A stretch of DNA of 64,000 nt. Origin: an uncultured Acidobacteriota bacterium (GTDB taxonomy: Bacteria > Acidobacteriota > Terriglobia > UBA7540). The notes below the pieces were generated by a model, which saw only the letters and a program-made list of their open reading frames with translations, made no database searches and was not told where the DNA came from. The stretch is from assembly GCA_963804995.1 (NCBI GenBank), contig CAWDSK010000003.1, forward strand, positions 992,001 to 1,056,000, written 5' to 3'. Position numbers and translations under genes: made by a program. This document shows, piece after piece, positions 10,877-20,700 of this stretch; position 1 is the first letter of the stretch, and the number at the start of each line of letters is the position of its first letter.

Positions 10877-10930
10877 TGGACTGTTGACTAGTCCAATCTA
10901 GAACCATAATGGTCTGTTGTAAAGAGCCAA
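10877..10930. promoter_or_regulatory. Putative MocR-type operator
   Basis: TGGAC-N9-GTCCA inverted repeat (10877-10895) and direct repeat TGGWCTGTTG at 10877 and 10910, just upstream of the regulator start. Confidence 0.5.
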
Positions 10931-10969
10931 GTAGGCCAATAGATGGATGGGCCATTGGGGGCCGGGGGT

Positions 10970-11602
10970 TCAGGCCGGAGGCAGGAGAATCGCACTCCGT
11001 GGCAAAGACCGGAAAGATGTGTTTTTTCTCGCCGACTCCGGGCGGCCCGCGGCCTTCTGCGTGCTGCTTTGCTTTATTCGTTCCCGCAGGCGCTCACGCA
11101 AGTCAGCAGGCGTGGAAGGGTTGCAGGCCACGAGAAACCACAGGGGTTCGCGGGAATCATCCGCCATCGTCTGCAGGACCGTAGGGGGAGTGTGAGGATG
11201 CCGCGCCACATTCTGCCGCACGGCCGAGTAGGGATGCGTGGCCAAATGATCGAGCAGTTCGGGTGAGGCTTCCGCGTGCTCAGTCAGCACCCGCGCCAGA
11301 AGATAATCATCCGGATGTAAGGCGTAAGCCAGACGCAGCAGTTCTTGCGAGGTGGCGTGGGGGTCGCGTGCCTTTTGAAATTTGCGATCCCAGGCAGGAG
11401 TCATGCGGTTCAGGTCCTCCGTCCGGATCTTGATCAGTTGCTTGAGCTGGCGAACTTCTGCGAGTTTCCGTGGGCGCGGAAGCCTGGCGCGTTGGACCGA
11501 GTGGAGGACTTCTTGCAAGTGGGCACGCTCTCCGAAAACTACCTGGGAACCTCGGTAGACTTTCTTAACCTTGAATTTCGCGCGAGTGTCTTCCCTCGTC
11601 AT
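10970..11602 (-). CDS. Hypothetical protein with LRV/HEAT-like repeats
   Basis: 'VRQNVARHPHTPPTVLQTMA...VACNPSTPADL' repeats; GGAGG RBS. Confidence 0.65.
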   Translation of the reverse strand: MTREDTRAKFKVKKVYRGSQVVFGERAHLQEVLHSVQRARLPRPRKLAEVRQLKQLIKIRTEDLNRMTPAWDRKFQKARDPHATSQELLRLAYALHPDDYLLARVLTEHAEASPELLDHLATHPYSAVRQNVARHPHTPPTVLQTMADDSREPLWFLVACNPSTPADLRERLRERIKQSSTQKAAGRPESARKNTSFRSLPRSAILLPPA

Positions 11603-11826
11603 TATCGGCCTCCATTATTCATCCTCTCTCTTGGCGAAACACAACCACTTGGCCACACCCCAAAAAGCACCCCCCGCTCGCTCAGCACCTAGACAATCAA
11701 TCAGGCCGGGCCCACGTCTGCACCCTACCAATAATCTCGGGGCACGAAACTTGCCATCCGCGCACGTCACTGGGAATTTCGAAGTGTATCAAGACTGCGA
11801 ACGATACTCAACGTCGGAGCCGGTTC

Positions 11827-11915
11827 GGTAGTGGGTCAATTTGATTTCGTAGCGGCGAGTTTACCTCGCCATATGGCGGCGTAAAGCCGCCTCTACATCA
11901 AATTGACCCACTACC
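11827..11915. mobile_element. 89-bp MITE with 19-bp perfect terminal inverted repeats, an internal REP doublet and an imperfect 8-bp target duplication
   Basis: GGTAGTGGGTCAATTTGAT ... ATCAAATTGACCCACTACC; flanks GCCGGTTC / GCCGGGTC. Confidence 0.7.
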
Positions 11916-12017
11916 GCCGGGTCGGGAAGCGTATGCAGCTTTACAAATACGTTGGTTCGCGGAACAATTCCTGATATGTTTCGGGTTTAGAAATAACACG
12001 CCCCGACGCCCGCAAAC

Positions 12018-13256
12018 ATGATGACAAACACATCTCCAAGGGCTGACCCGCGCACGGAAGGTCGCGCCAACCAGTGGACTGCTCTAGCCGCGGGATTTCT
12101 GGGCTGGGCGCTTGACGCCTTCGACTTCTTCATCCTCACCTTCGTATTGGCTCCGGTGGCGCGCGATTTCGGGGTTTCTCTGGTGGACATTGCTGCGACG
12201 CTCACCGCCAGCCTGATGATGCGCCCTGCCGGCGCAGTGCTGTTTGGATTAATGGCGGACCGCTACGGCCGCCGCATACCATTGATGCTCGATATTGTTT
12301 TCTACTCGGTGGTCGAGGTCCTGTCGGGTTTGGCGCCAAATTTCAAAGTGTTCTTTGTCCTGCGCCTTCTCTATGGAATTGGCATGGGAGGGGCCTGGGG
12401 GGTGGGCGCATCGCTGGCGATGGAATCGGTGTCGGTCAAGTGGCGCGGGATTGTTTCAGGGTTACTGCAACAGGGTTACGCATTGGGAAACCTGCTGGCC
12501 GCCGCGGTTTATGCTTTGGTCTTCCCGCACTGGGGCTGGCGCGCCATGTTTTTTATTGGCGGATTGCCCGCGCTGCTTTCACTCTTCATCTTCGCCAAGG
12601 TAAAGGAACCCGAGGCCTGGCACGAGTCGCGCACCGACTGGCACACTTACGGAAAGGCCATCGCCCGGCATTGGAAATTGTTTCTCTATATGGCTCTCCT
12701 GATGACGGCGATGAATTGCATTTCCCATGGCACGCAGGACCTTTTCCCCACTTTCTTGTTGCGGCAACGACACTTCAGTCCCCAGATTACGGCGATGATT
12801 ACGATGATTTCCATGGTGGGAGCGATTTGCGGAGGTGTCGCGTTTGGGCGTTACTCGGATCACGGGGGACGCCGCCGGGCGATGGTCACGGCGGTGATTT
12901 CCGCGCTCGTGCTCACCCCTGCCTGGTTGCTTGCGCCCACCGTGGCACTGATGGTCGGCGCGACGTTTTTGATGCAGTTCATGGTGCAAGGGGCGTGGGG
13001 GGTAATTCCCGCGCATCTGAACGAACTATCGCCCAACGAGTTGCGTGGATTTTTCCCAGGCTTTGCCTACCAGATCGGAGTGCTCTGCGCGGCGAGTGTT
13101 CCACTGATTCAAGCGGTTCTGACCCGGCACCTGAGCTACGCGCAATCCTTGGGATTCCTGGCGGCCGCTGTTTTGGCAGTCGGCGTGCCGATCATCGCCC
13201 TTGGGCCAGAGGCAAAAGGTGTGGCGTTCGGCAGGGCTAACCCGCCGACCGTGTAG
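12018..13256 (+). CDS. MFS transporter, sialate/lactate:H+ symporter (NanT/Jen1-like)
   Basis: GWALDAFDFF, GLMADRYGRR, GIGMGG.W, LQQGY, SHGTQDLFPT, QGAWGVIPAHLNELSP. Confidence 0.9.
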   Translation: MMTNTSPRADPRTEGRANQWTALAAGFLGWALDAFDFFILTFVLAPVARDFGVSLVDIAATLTASLMMRPAGAVLFGLMADRYGRRIPLMLDIVFYSVVEVLSGLAPNFKVFFVLRLLYGIGMGGAWGVGASLAMESVSVKWRGIVSGLLQQGYALGNLLAAAVYALVFPHWGWRAMFFIGGLPALLSLFIFAKVKEPEAWHESRTDWHTYGKAIARHWKLFLYMALLMTAMNCISHGTQDLFPTFLLRQRHFSPQITAMITMISMVGAICGGVAFGRYSDHGGRRRAMVTAVISALVLTPAWLLAPTVALMVGATFLMQFMVQGAWGVIPAHLNELSPNELRGFFPGFAYQIGVLCAASVPLIQAVLTRHLSYAQSLGFLAAAVLAVGVPIIALGPEAKGVAFGRANPPTV

Positions 13257-13379
13257 GGCCGATGCCCCCCTCACCAGTGTTTCTCACCAATCCGAGGCGT
13301 TTTCGTGGGGCAGTCGGAAGGGCGGGTCTTCAGCCCCGCTGCCGAAGCCGCCCCTCTCATTTTGGACGTCCCGTACTGC

Positions 13380-14768
13380 TTAAAGAGAATCAACGAAAAC
13401 CAAGTAGGAAGATCCCCAAAGGTTGGTGGGAATTGAGCCACGCGGCTGGCTGGTGATGACGATGTGGAAGCCTCGGGCGGCGGAGGCAATGCGCGCCTGT
13501 AAGCTCTCCATCGACGTGGGCGAGCCGGCCTTCGGCTCGATGAGCGCCAGCTTTTCGAGCACCGGGTAGATGATCTCCCCCGAGGGCGCCATGGGCGTTT
13601 CGAAGCCGTCAGCGAGAAATTGCATCTGCGCATCAATCTCGTAGAAGTGCCACGCCAGGCACGCGCAGAAGTTGACGCCTTTCTCAAATCGCGCCAGGGA
13701 TTTCTCATCCGTAGCGGGAAGCGTGGTGTCGAAGACCAGCACCAGGCGCCGTTCATCTTCGCGTGTAAATTCCCGCACCTTGAGCTTCTGGGCCTTGGCT
13801 GTGGCTTTCCAATCCACGTGGCGGGCGCTATCCGATTCCTCAAAATCACGGATCGCGTACAGGTCGTGGCCGCGGCCCTTGTAGAGGCTTTCGATCTCAC
13901 CGCCAATCAGGGGCAGGATTTCGTAAAACTCCTCCGTGGGCTGCACGTTGGGGAGAACCAGGATTTCCTGTTTGCTCGCCACCTCATGGGCTTTCCGCAG
14001 CAGGCCGAAGGGGAACTTGGAGCTGACGCGAAAGCCTTCCTGCGTGTAGCGCCCGCGGCGGGGGAAACTAAGCTCCACATGCTGCGTCACGGATGACCGG
14101 TGCGGAATGAAAGGAACATAGACCGGGGCGTCGAGGATCTGGCGCGGCATGACGATCGGCAAGCGCTTTTGCTTGCGATTCCGAGGGTCACGGGCGGAAA
14201 GCGTTATCGAGAACGAGGGGAAAACCCACTTCAGGTTTTGAACCGTCAAGCGCGAAATCAAGGGCTGCTGGGCGAAAACGTGTTCCGGCAGGACGAAATC
14301 CAGTTCGAGCTGCGAAAGCACGATCGCCGATAGAACCCCTGAGGCCAGAATTCCTGCCAGAAGATTGGCCAAAATAATAAACAGGAGATTGTTACCCGTA
14401 TTCAGCGCGGCGATGGCGATGACCATGATGATCAGGAAATAAACCACACCTTCGCGGGTGAACTCATACTCGATCTTCACCATCCACCGCTCAAGAGCAG
14501 TGCGGTGTGCGAGATAGGGGACAACCTTGACCGCCACCACGGCGGCCACAATCAGCGAAAAAGCGGCGACCCACGCGGCCCCTTCCATGTGACCCGCTTC
14601 ATGCAAAGCGGATGAATACAAAGCGAGAAAGAAGGCCAACCCCAGACCGAAGAGTGCCTGGAAGAACCGCCGCCAGGCGGGGCGGTCGACGTGCATCATC
14701 TGGTAGCGCGCCATGAGCCAAAGGTCGCGCATGACGCCGCCGTTCGAGACCGGGGAGGATGTAGCCAT
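13380..14768 (-). CDS. DUF58 domain protein (MoxR-associated)
   Basis: AALNTGNNLL, FPFGL, IRDF...RHVDWKATAK...VREF. Confidence 0.9.
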   Translation of the reverse strand: MATSSPVSNGGVMRDLWLMARYQMMHVDRPAWRRFFQALFGLGLAFFLALYSSALHEAGHMEGAAWVAAFSLIVAAVVAVKVVPYLAHRTALERWMVKIEYEFTREGVVYFLIIMVIAIAALNTGNNLLFIILANLLAGILASGVLSAIVLSQLELDFVLPEHVFAQQPLISRLTVQNLKWVFPSFSITLSARDPRNRKQKRLPIVMPRQILDAPVYVPFIPHRSSVTQHVELSFPRRGRYTQEGFRVSSKFPFGLLRKAHEVASKQEILVLPNVQPTEEFYEILPLIGGEIESLYKGRGHDLYAIRDFEESDSARHVDWKATAKAQKLKVREFTREDERRLVLVFDTTLPATDEKSLARFEKGVNFCACLAWHFYEIDAQMQFLADGFETPMAPSGEIIYPVLEKLALIEPKAGSPTSMESLQARIASAARGFHIVITSQPRGSIPTNLWGSSYLVFVDSL

Positions 14769-14802
14769 GAAGGGTTAATTGTAACTCAGGTGGCCGGGAG
14801 AA

Positions 14803-15000
14803 CAGTAGGCAGTGGGCAGTAGGCAGTAGGCAGCAAGCAGTAAGCGGAAGGCAGAAGGCGGCAAAACTGTCCCGCGTCCGGTGGTCCATAAGGGTGGGTC
14901 AGGAGTACGCTTTGAAATTTGGTGGTGGCTGAGCAGCGATTGAAATCTAGCTCCAAAATCGCTGGTGCTTGCTGCCTTCTGCCTTCCGCTTACTGCCTTC
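14803..15000. repeat. Inverted heptamer tracts (AGGCAGT/AGGCAGA vs TGCCTTC) between moxR and DUF58
   Basis: Arms at about 14803-14861 and 14970-15000. Confidence 0.75.
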
Positions 15001-15006
15001 GGTTCT

Positions 15007-15978
15007 TCACAGCGGCACGGGAGTGGTTTCAAGGATTTCACGCAGGATGGCTTCCGACTGATCAGATTTCTTCATCGTCGAGAGGTAACGCGAGCTCACG
15101 ATGCAGCGGTGGCCGAACACGGGGAGCACCAGCCGTTTGAAGTCGTCGGGGATGCAATAGGTGCGGCCTTCCATTAGGGCGAGAGCCTGGGCGGCGCGAT
15201 ACAAGGACATAGAGCCGCGCGGGCTGACCCCCAGGCTAAGATACTCATGCTGGCGAGTCTTCTCCACGATCGCCAAAGTGTAATTCATCAACTCTTCATC
15301 CACGGCCACGCGGCGAACCGACTGCTGGACTTCCAGCACCTCTTCCGCACTCATGACGGGTTCGATCTTGGCGAGCGGCTCCGAATCCGCGAAATTCCTC
15401 AGGATTTCCTTTTCACTTTGCAGATTGGGGTAGCCGACTCGCACCCGCATCAGAAAGCGGTCCAGTTGCGATTCCGGAAGAGGGTAAGTGCCGTGATGCT
15501 CAATGGGATTCTGCGTGGCCACCACCATGAACGGCTGTGGAAGCGGGTAAGTGCGGTTATCGACGGTCACCTGATGTTCGTTCATGGCTTCCAGCAAGGC
15601 GCTTTGCGTCTTGGGCGTGGTGCGATTGATTTCATCCGCCAGGACGATGTTGGCAAAGATGGGACCGGGGCGAAACTCGAAATGCTGGGACGATTGATTG
15701 AACACGCTGATGCCCACGACGTCAGAGGGCAGCATGTCGGAGGTGAACTGCAGGCGCTGGAAGGTGCAGTTGAAGGAGCGCGCCAGGGAATGCGCCAGCG
15801 TGGTCTTACCAACGCCCGGAACATCCTCAATCAGCAGGTGGCCCCGCGCGAAGAGGCCCACCAGCGTGAGCTGGATGACATCGTCTTTTCCCCGAATCAC
15901 ACTTTGCACAGACTGCTGCACGCGCTTAAGAAGATCCGATCCAACGGCGGTCTGATTGTTCACTTCAGTTCTTTCCAT
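15007..15978 (-). CDS. moxR: MoxR family AAA+ ATPase
   Basis: HLLIEDVPGVGKT, LADEINR, ATQNPIEHHGTYPLPESQLDRF, SPRG. Confidence 0.95.
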   Translation of the reverse strand: MERTEVNNQTAVGSDLLKRVQQSVQSVIRGKDDVIQLTLVGLFARGHLLIEDVPGVGKTTLAHSLARSFNCTFQRLQFTSDMLPSDVVGISVFNQSSQHFEFRPGPIFANIVLADEINRTTPKTQSALLEAMNEHQVTVDNRTYPLPQPFMVVATQNPIEHHGTYPLPESQLDRFLMRVRVGYPNLQSEKEILRNFADSEPLAKIEPVMSAEEVLEVQQSVRRVAVDEELMNYTLAIVEKTRQHEYLSLGVSPRGSMSLYRAAQALALMEGRTYCIPDDFKRLVLPVFGHRCIVSSRYLSTMKKSDQSEAILREILETTPVPL

Positions 15979-16068
15979 GTTATTGAATCTCAAGAATTGG
16001 CCCTGGGCTGGGGGTCAGTCTGCGTCTAGACCATGGCCTGAAAATCTGCTATGTTCAAGTGTTGCTGT

Positions 16069-16143
16069 GGGCGATTAACTCAGCGGTAGAGTGCTATCCT
16101 CACACGGTAGAAGTCACAGGTTCGAATCCTGTATCGCCCACCA
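16069..16143 (+). tRNA. tRNA-Val (anticodon CAC)
   Basis: GGGCGAT/ATCGCCC acceptor stem, CTATC-CTCACAC-GGTAG anticodon arm, GGTTCGAATCC T-arm, encoded CCA. Confidence 0.96.
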
Positions 16144-16314
16144 CTTCTGCCCGGCTTAACTCAAATATTCTATCAAAGTTCAGCAGCTTGTAGGCACCTT
16201 TCCCTGCAACGCCTCCGTCGTAGAGCGGTTGAGTCCCGAGACCCGCGCAGGTGTGCTAGTATCAAGGTTTGGAGTAGTTTCGCATTCATCATTCAACTGA
16301 CCTGTGGGGGAAGC

Positions 16315-17397
16315 GTGCTGCGCATTGGCATTGTCGGTCTGGCGCAGACCGGTAAGACAACCCTTTTTCAGATTCTGACTCACGCGCATGGCAGCGGGCT
16401 GGGCTCCGGGCGCCCGGAGGCCCACGTGGGTGTGGTACGCGTGCCCGACTCCCGGCTCGACCGCCTGTCCGCGCTGTACCAACCGGAGAAGACGGTCCAC
16501 GCGACCATCGAGTACATGGACATGCCGGGCAGCGTCATCGAGCTGGCGCGAACGGGGGCGCAATCGCAGGCCTTGCGCGAGCTCAACGCCCTTGTCCACG
16601 TGGTGCGCGCTTTCGATGAGGTTTCGATTCCGGTGGAAGGTGGCGCGGTCAATCCCCGGCAGGATATCGAGAATGTGGAGCTCGAGCTGATTCTCTCCGA
16701 CCTGGCGGTGGTGGAAAAAAGGCTGGAGCGGCTTTCAAAGGACATCAAGAAGCAAAAGAACCCCGCCCTCGAAAAGGAGTTCGAAGTGTTGACGGCTTCG
16801 AAGGCGGCGCTCGAAAAACAAACCCCTCTGCGCGAAATTCCCTTCAGCCTGGAAGATGCCAAGGTGATTCGCGGCTTCACCTTCCTTTCACTCAAACCCA
16901 TGCTTTACGTTCTGAACCTGGGCGAAGGCGACGCGGCGCGCGCCAACCTGGCGGAGCAGTTTGCGGCGGACGCCGGATTGAAACATCGCCCCCGCACGGC
17001 TGTCAGCGCGATTTGCGGCAAGGTGGAAGCGGAACTTGCTGAGATGAGCGATGCGGACGCCGCGGAATTTCTTTTAAGTTACGGAATTCAGGAATCAGCC
17101 ACCACCCGGCTAATTCGCGCCAGCTATCAACTCCTGGGGTTGATTTCCTTCTTCACCGTGGGCGAGGACGAATGCCGCGCCTGGACCATCCCTGCCGGCA
17201 CCACGGCGCTTGGGGCCGCGGGCGAAATCCACACCGACATCCAGCACGGATTCATCCGCGCTGAGGTGGTGAAATTTGACGATCTGATCTCAACGGGCAG
17301 CTTCGCCGAAGCCCGCAATCGCGCCCTCCTGCGTCTGGAGGGAAAAGAGTACGTCGTGCACGACGGAGAGATCGTGCATTTCCGGCATTCGGGGTAG
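16315..17397 (+). CDS. ychF: Redox-regulated Obg-like ATPase YchF
   Basis: GIVGLAQTGKTT, VPDSRLD, HVVRAF, FFTVGEDECRAWTI, IHTDI..GFIRAEV, LEGKEYVVHDG. Confidence 0.92.
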   Translation: MLRIGIVGLAQTGKTTLFQILTHAHGSGLGSGRPEAHVGVVRVPDSRLDRLSALYQPEKTVHATIEYMDMPGSVIELARTGAQSQALRELNALVHVVRAFDEVSIPVEGGAVNPRQDIENVELELILSDLAVVEKRLERLSKDIKKQKNPALEKEFEVLTASKAALEKQTPLREIPFSLEDAKVIRGFTFLSLKPMLYVLNLGEGDAARANLAEQFAADAGLKHRPRTAVSAICGKVEAELAEMSDADAAEFLLSYGIQESATTRLIRASYQLLGLISFFTVGEDECRAWTIPAGTTALGAAGEIHTDIQHGFIRAEVVKFDDLISTGSFAEARNRALLRLEGKEYVVHDGEIVHFRHSG

Positions 17398-17400
17398 TTG

Positions 17401-17592
17401 GCTTTCAGCTATCAGCAGTCAGCTTTCAGCTAAGGCAATAGTTCAGCGTCGACCAATGGCTTCTACTGATAACTCTTTGGAGCAGACCGCTGACCCCTGA
17501 TTGCTGAAGGCTGGGGACGGGACGCTGAGGTATTTTCCTAGCCCCAAGCGCCGGTTTTCAAAGCTGAAAGCTGATGGCTGAAAGCTGAGAGC
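17401..17592. repeat. Inverted heptamer tracts (TTTCAGC vs GCTGAAA) between ychF and ZIP transporter
   Basis: Arms at about 17401-17432 and 17561-17592. Confidence 0.75.
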
Positions 17593-17598
17593 TTTTGC

Positions 17599-18330
17599 AT
17601 GTTCTACCTCTGGATCAGTCTGGCGCTGGGCATAGTAGCGGGACTCGCCAATCTGTTTGGTGGCGCGATTGTCTCAGCGCGTCCCTGGAGCCGCACCTTT
17701 CTCGCCCTCTTCATTGCGCTCGGCTCAGGCTTCATGCTGGCGACGGTGCTGACGGAGATGCTGCCCGAAAGCCTGCGCCTGGCCCCGGTCTCTGCGCCCG
17801 CCCTGATTCTGCTTGGCTACTTCATTGTTCACTACTTTGAACATACCTGGCCCGCGCATTTCCATTTCGGCGAGGAAACCCATACTGACAAGTTTCTGAA
17901 CCCTTCCGTGGCGTATACCGCCCTGGCGGGCTTGACAATCCATACCTTTTTCGACGGCGTCTCCATCACTTCGGGATTCTTGATTTCCCCGTGGCTGGGG
18001 ACAATCATCTCTGGAGCTGTGGTTCTTCACAATATTCCGGAAGGCTTCACCATAGCCTCCATCATGGCCGCCGCCAAGCAGAGCCGGAGCGCCGGGGTGT
18101 GGGCGGCAGGCGCCCTGGGAATCTCGCGGATGGTGGGGGTGTTGGCCATGGCGCTGGCGCACACTTGGGTGAATTACGGCTTGGCACTCTCCGCGGGTGT
18201 CACGCTATACGTGGCAGCCTCAGACCTGATTCCCGAGGTGAATAAGATGGGCGGTCCGAGAATCGCCCTGACCGTGGGACTGGGAGTAGCCTTGGTTCTT
18301 GTGATGCGGTATTTGTTCTTTGCTTTTTAG
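17599..18330 (+). CDS. ZIP family metal transporter
   Basis: HFHFGEETH, HTFFDG, LHNIPEG, LYVAASDLIPE. Confidence 0.9.
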   Translation: MFYLWISLALGIVAGLANLFGGAIVSARPWSRTFLALFIALGSGFMLATVLTEMLPESLRLAPVSAPALILLGYFIVHYFEHTWPAHFHFGEETHTDKFLNPSVAYTALAGLTIHTFFDGVSITSGFLISPWLGTIISGAVVLHNIPEGFTIASIMAAAKQSRSAGVWAAGALGISRMVGVLAMALAHTWVNYGLALSAGVTLYVAASDLIPEVNKMGGPRIALTVGLGVALVLVMRYLFFAF

Positions 18331-18336
18331 CTTTCA

Positions 18337-18693
18337 ATGTACTCTCAAAAACTCCTCGACCACTTTCATCATCCCCGCAACGTAGGTGAGATCGCCGCGC
18401 CTACTGCTGTCGTGGAGGCATCAAATCCTATCTGTGGCGATCTGATGAAACTCTGGGCCATAGTCCGTGACGGCAAGATTCTGGAAGTGAAGTTCAAAGT
18501 CGCAGGCTGCGTACCTGCCGTGGCTTGTGGTTCGTGGTTGACGGAGAACATCGCGGGCAAGCCACTTGAAGACGCCGCCACCCTCACCGCGGACCAAATC
18601 GCTCAGGGACTTGACGGCCTGCCCTCTGCCTCCAAGCACGCCGCCGCGCTCGCCATCGATACCCTAGCGCGTCTGCTCGATAAGTTGCGCTAA
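18337..18693 (+). CDS. IscU/NifU_N-like Fe-S scaffold protein
   Basis: YSQKLLDHFHHPRNVG, NPICGD, GCVPAVAC; third canonical Cys absent. Confidence 0.85.
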   Translation: MYSQKLLDHFHHPRNVGEIAAPTAVVEASNPICGDLMKLWAIVRDGKILEVKFKVAGCVPAVACGSWLTENIAGKPLEDAATLTADQIAQGLDGLPSASKHAAALAIDTLARLLDKLR

Positions 18694-18728
18694 CGAGAGA
18701 TCGCCAACCTCTTCTGCGGGACTCTCCG

Positions 18729-19322
18729 CTACCCTGCCGGCGTTACCATCTCCTGGCCAGTCTTCTGCTCAGGCAGAGGCGATTTGGTTGTTGCCAACTC
18801 TTGTGCGCAATAGGGGCAGTAACGGTCCTCCAAGCGAACTTCCCGCTTGCACTGCGGGCAGGTGGGCCTGAGGTTGCGCTTGCAGGCGGGACAGAAATTG
18901 AACCGTGCGTTCACCATGGCGCCGCACCCGGGACAATTGTAAGGAAGCGGCTCGCGCATCAAGAAATAGATGATCAGCCCGATGAGGTAGGGCACAAAAA
19001 TCGCGAGCAACGTCCACAGCGTGGAATTCATTCCGCGCCGTTTGGCATCGCGATTGACATAGCCGAAAAGCAGCAGAAGTAAGTCGACAACAAGCGCGGT
19101 CCCTGCCGCGGCGGCCATGTAGGCGGCTAACGGACCCATATTGGGATTGTAGAAGTGAACGACCTGGGCCACTACTTGCCCAACGATGAACAGTGCGATC
19201 GCCAGGCCCTTGAGCCAGCGAGGAATAATCCGGAACTCGTCGGCAAAGCGGCTATTTTCGTGCGTCATGCGCCAACGAATCATTCGTACCTGTTCTTTCA
19301 CGGGTTGTTTTTCTTCCGTCAT
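18729..19322 (-). CDS. Membrane protein with C-terminal double zinc ribbon (in frame with upstream anti-sigma ORF)
   Basis: YVNRDAKRRGMN..LW; CPGC, CPAC, CPQC, CPYC. Confidence 0.8.
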   Translation of the reverse strand: MTEEKQPVKEQVRMIRWRMTHENSRFADEFRIIPRWLKGLAIALFIVGQVVAQVVHFYNPNMGPLAAYMAAAAGTALVVDLLLLLFGYVNRDAKRRGMNSTLWTLLAIFVPYLIGLIIYFLMREPLPYNCPGCGAMVNARFNFCPACKRNLRPTCPQCKREVRLEDRYCPYCAQELATTKSPLPEQKTGQEMVTPAG

Positions 19323-19895
19323 GGATTCATTCTCACTTTCTCCAGGCTCCTGCCCGGTCCTGCCGGTCGTTGTACCTCGGTTTGCCCCTGCCAGATTGGC
19401 CGCCGCCCAGCGGGGCAGAGTCGTGTAGCTATCCTGTGTCGCAACGTGCCGGCGCTGCCAGGCGAGGAGTACCGCCACCGCGCCTGCCGGCAACAGCCAC
19501 CAAAGCACGAAGGCCGTCTCCCAAATCAAGTTCGGCAACCTGGCGTGAAGGCCCACCCACTGGAAGGCCCGCCAGACCAGCGGCGCGCTCGCCACACCTA
19601 AAACCCAAGAGAACGCACAGGAAATCCACAGCGCGCGCATCCGCACCTGATTCTCACGCAACTCACGAGCCCGCAAGCGGACGCGGGTCTGAGTGATGCT
19701 GACTAATTCGGGGTCAACACCTACGATGTTCGACCGCAACGCCTGGAGGGCGCGTTCGTTGGCACGCATCCTGGCCCGGCACGCCGCGCATTCTTCCAAG
19801 TGCTCATCCAGCCACGCGCGTTCGGCGGCAGAAATTCCTTCCACATGCGACACGTCGATAAGTCGGCAGGCGCGCTCGTGGACTTCAGGATTCAT
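19323..19895 (-). CDS. zf-HC2 (ZAS) anti-sigma factor with two TM helices; no stop codon before the next gene
   Basis: HLEECAAC motif; ATGA overlap with the sigma-factor stop. Confidence 0.8.
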
Positions 19896-20455
19896 ACTTC
19901 CTCCTCCAGATGATTGCGGAATGTTTCGAGGCCGCGATAGAGCCGTGATTTCACCGTCGAGAGTGGGGCTCCCACCACTTCCGCAATCTCGCTTAAATCC
20001 ATATCTTCCTGAAAGCGCAGCACCAACACTTCGCGAGCGTCGGGCGGAAGACACTGAAGCACGCCCTTGACGCGTTCTGCCTGCTCGCCCGCGGCCACGA
20101 TCTCAAAGGGCGTCGCGGACCTGCGGTCCGGCCACTCGCGCACGGCGCTCTCATCGCCGGGATGCAACAACACCTCGAGGCTCTCGGGCTGGCGGCGGCG
20201 CAAGAAGTCAAGGGCGAGGTTCCGCGCAATTGAGAAGAGCCAAGTTTCGAAGGGCCATCGGGGATCGAACTGGTGGCTTTTCTCCAGTACCCGAATCCAG
20301 GTCTCCTGGAAAAGGTCCTCGGCCACCTCGCGGCTGCCCGTTAGCGTCCAGAGGTAACGGGGCAGCCGGTATTGGTAGCGGCTAATCAACTCGTCCAGCA
20401 GGTCAGGATCGTGCCGCCGCAGCCCCCGCGCCATTTCACGGGTTTCCTGTTCCAT
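19892..20455 (-). CDS. ECF RNA polymerase sigma factor
   Basis: AEDLFQETW, TWLFSIARN, EIAEVVGAPLSTVKSRLYRG. Confidence 0.93.
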   Translation of the reverse strand: MEQETREMARGLRRHDPDLLDELISRYQYRLPRYLWTLTGSREVAEDLFQETWIRVLEKSHQFDPRWPFETWLFSIARNLALDFLRRRQPESLEVLLHPGDESAVREWPDRRSATPFEIVAAGEQAERVKGVLQCLPPDAREVLVLRFQEDMDLSEIAEVVGAPLSTVKSRLYRGLETFRNHLEEEV

Positions 20456-20700
20456 CGAATTCACAAAAAGGCAAAGGCTGTTTCCCATTCTAGTCGCAAT
20501 ACGAATCAGCCTCTAAAAAAGACGCATGAGGGTGTTGACATTATTTCGGGGACTCAACCTTCTGCGGTCTGGCCGGCAGGGTCAAGGTGCCTCCCTGGCT
20601 AGACTTCGTGCCGGAGCGCTCGCGCATTAGACCCGCCCGCCGCGCTTGCCCGACAACTGCCCCCCGTGCTACGCTCGCACAGCATTTGTGGATCTTCTCC

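Noticed and set aside
16069..16315. Integrative element at tRNA-Val
   Set aside because: No integrase and no duplicated tRNA 3' end seen in the window; ychF follows directly.
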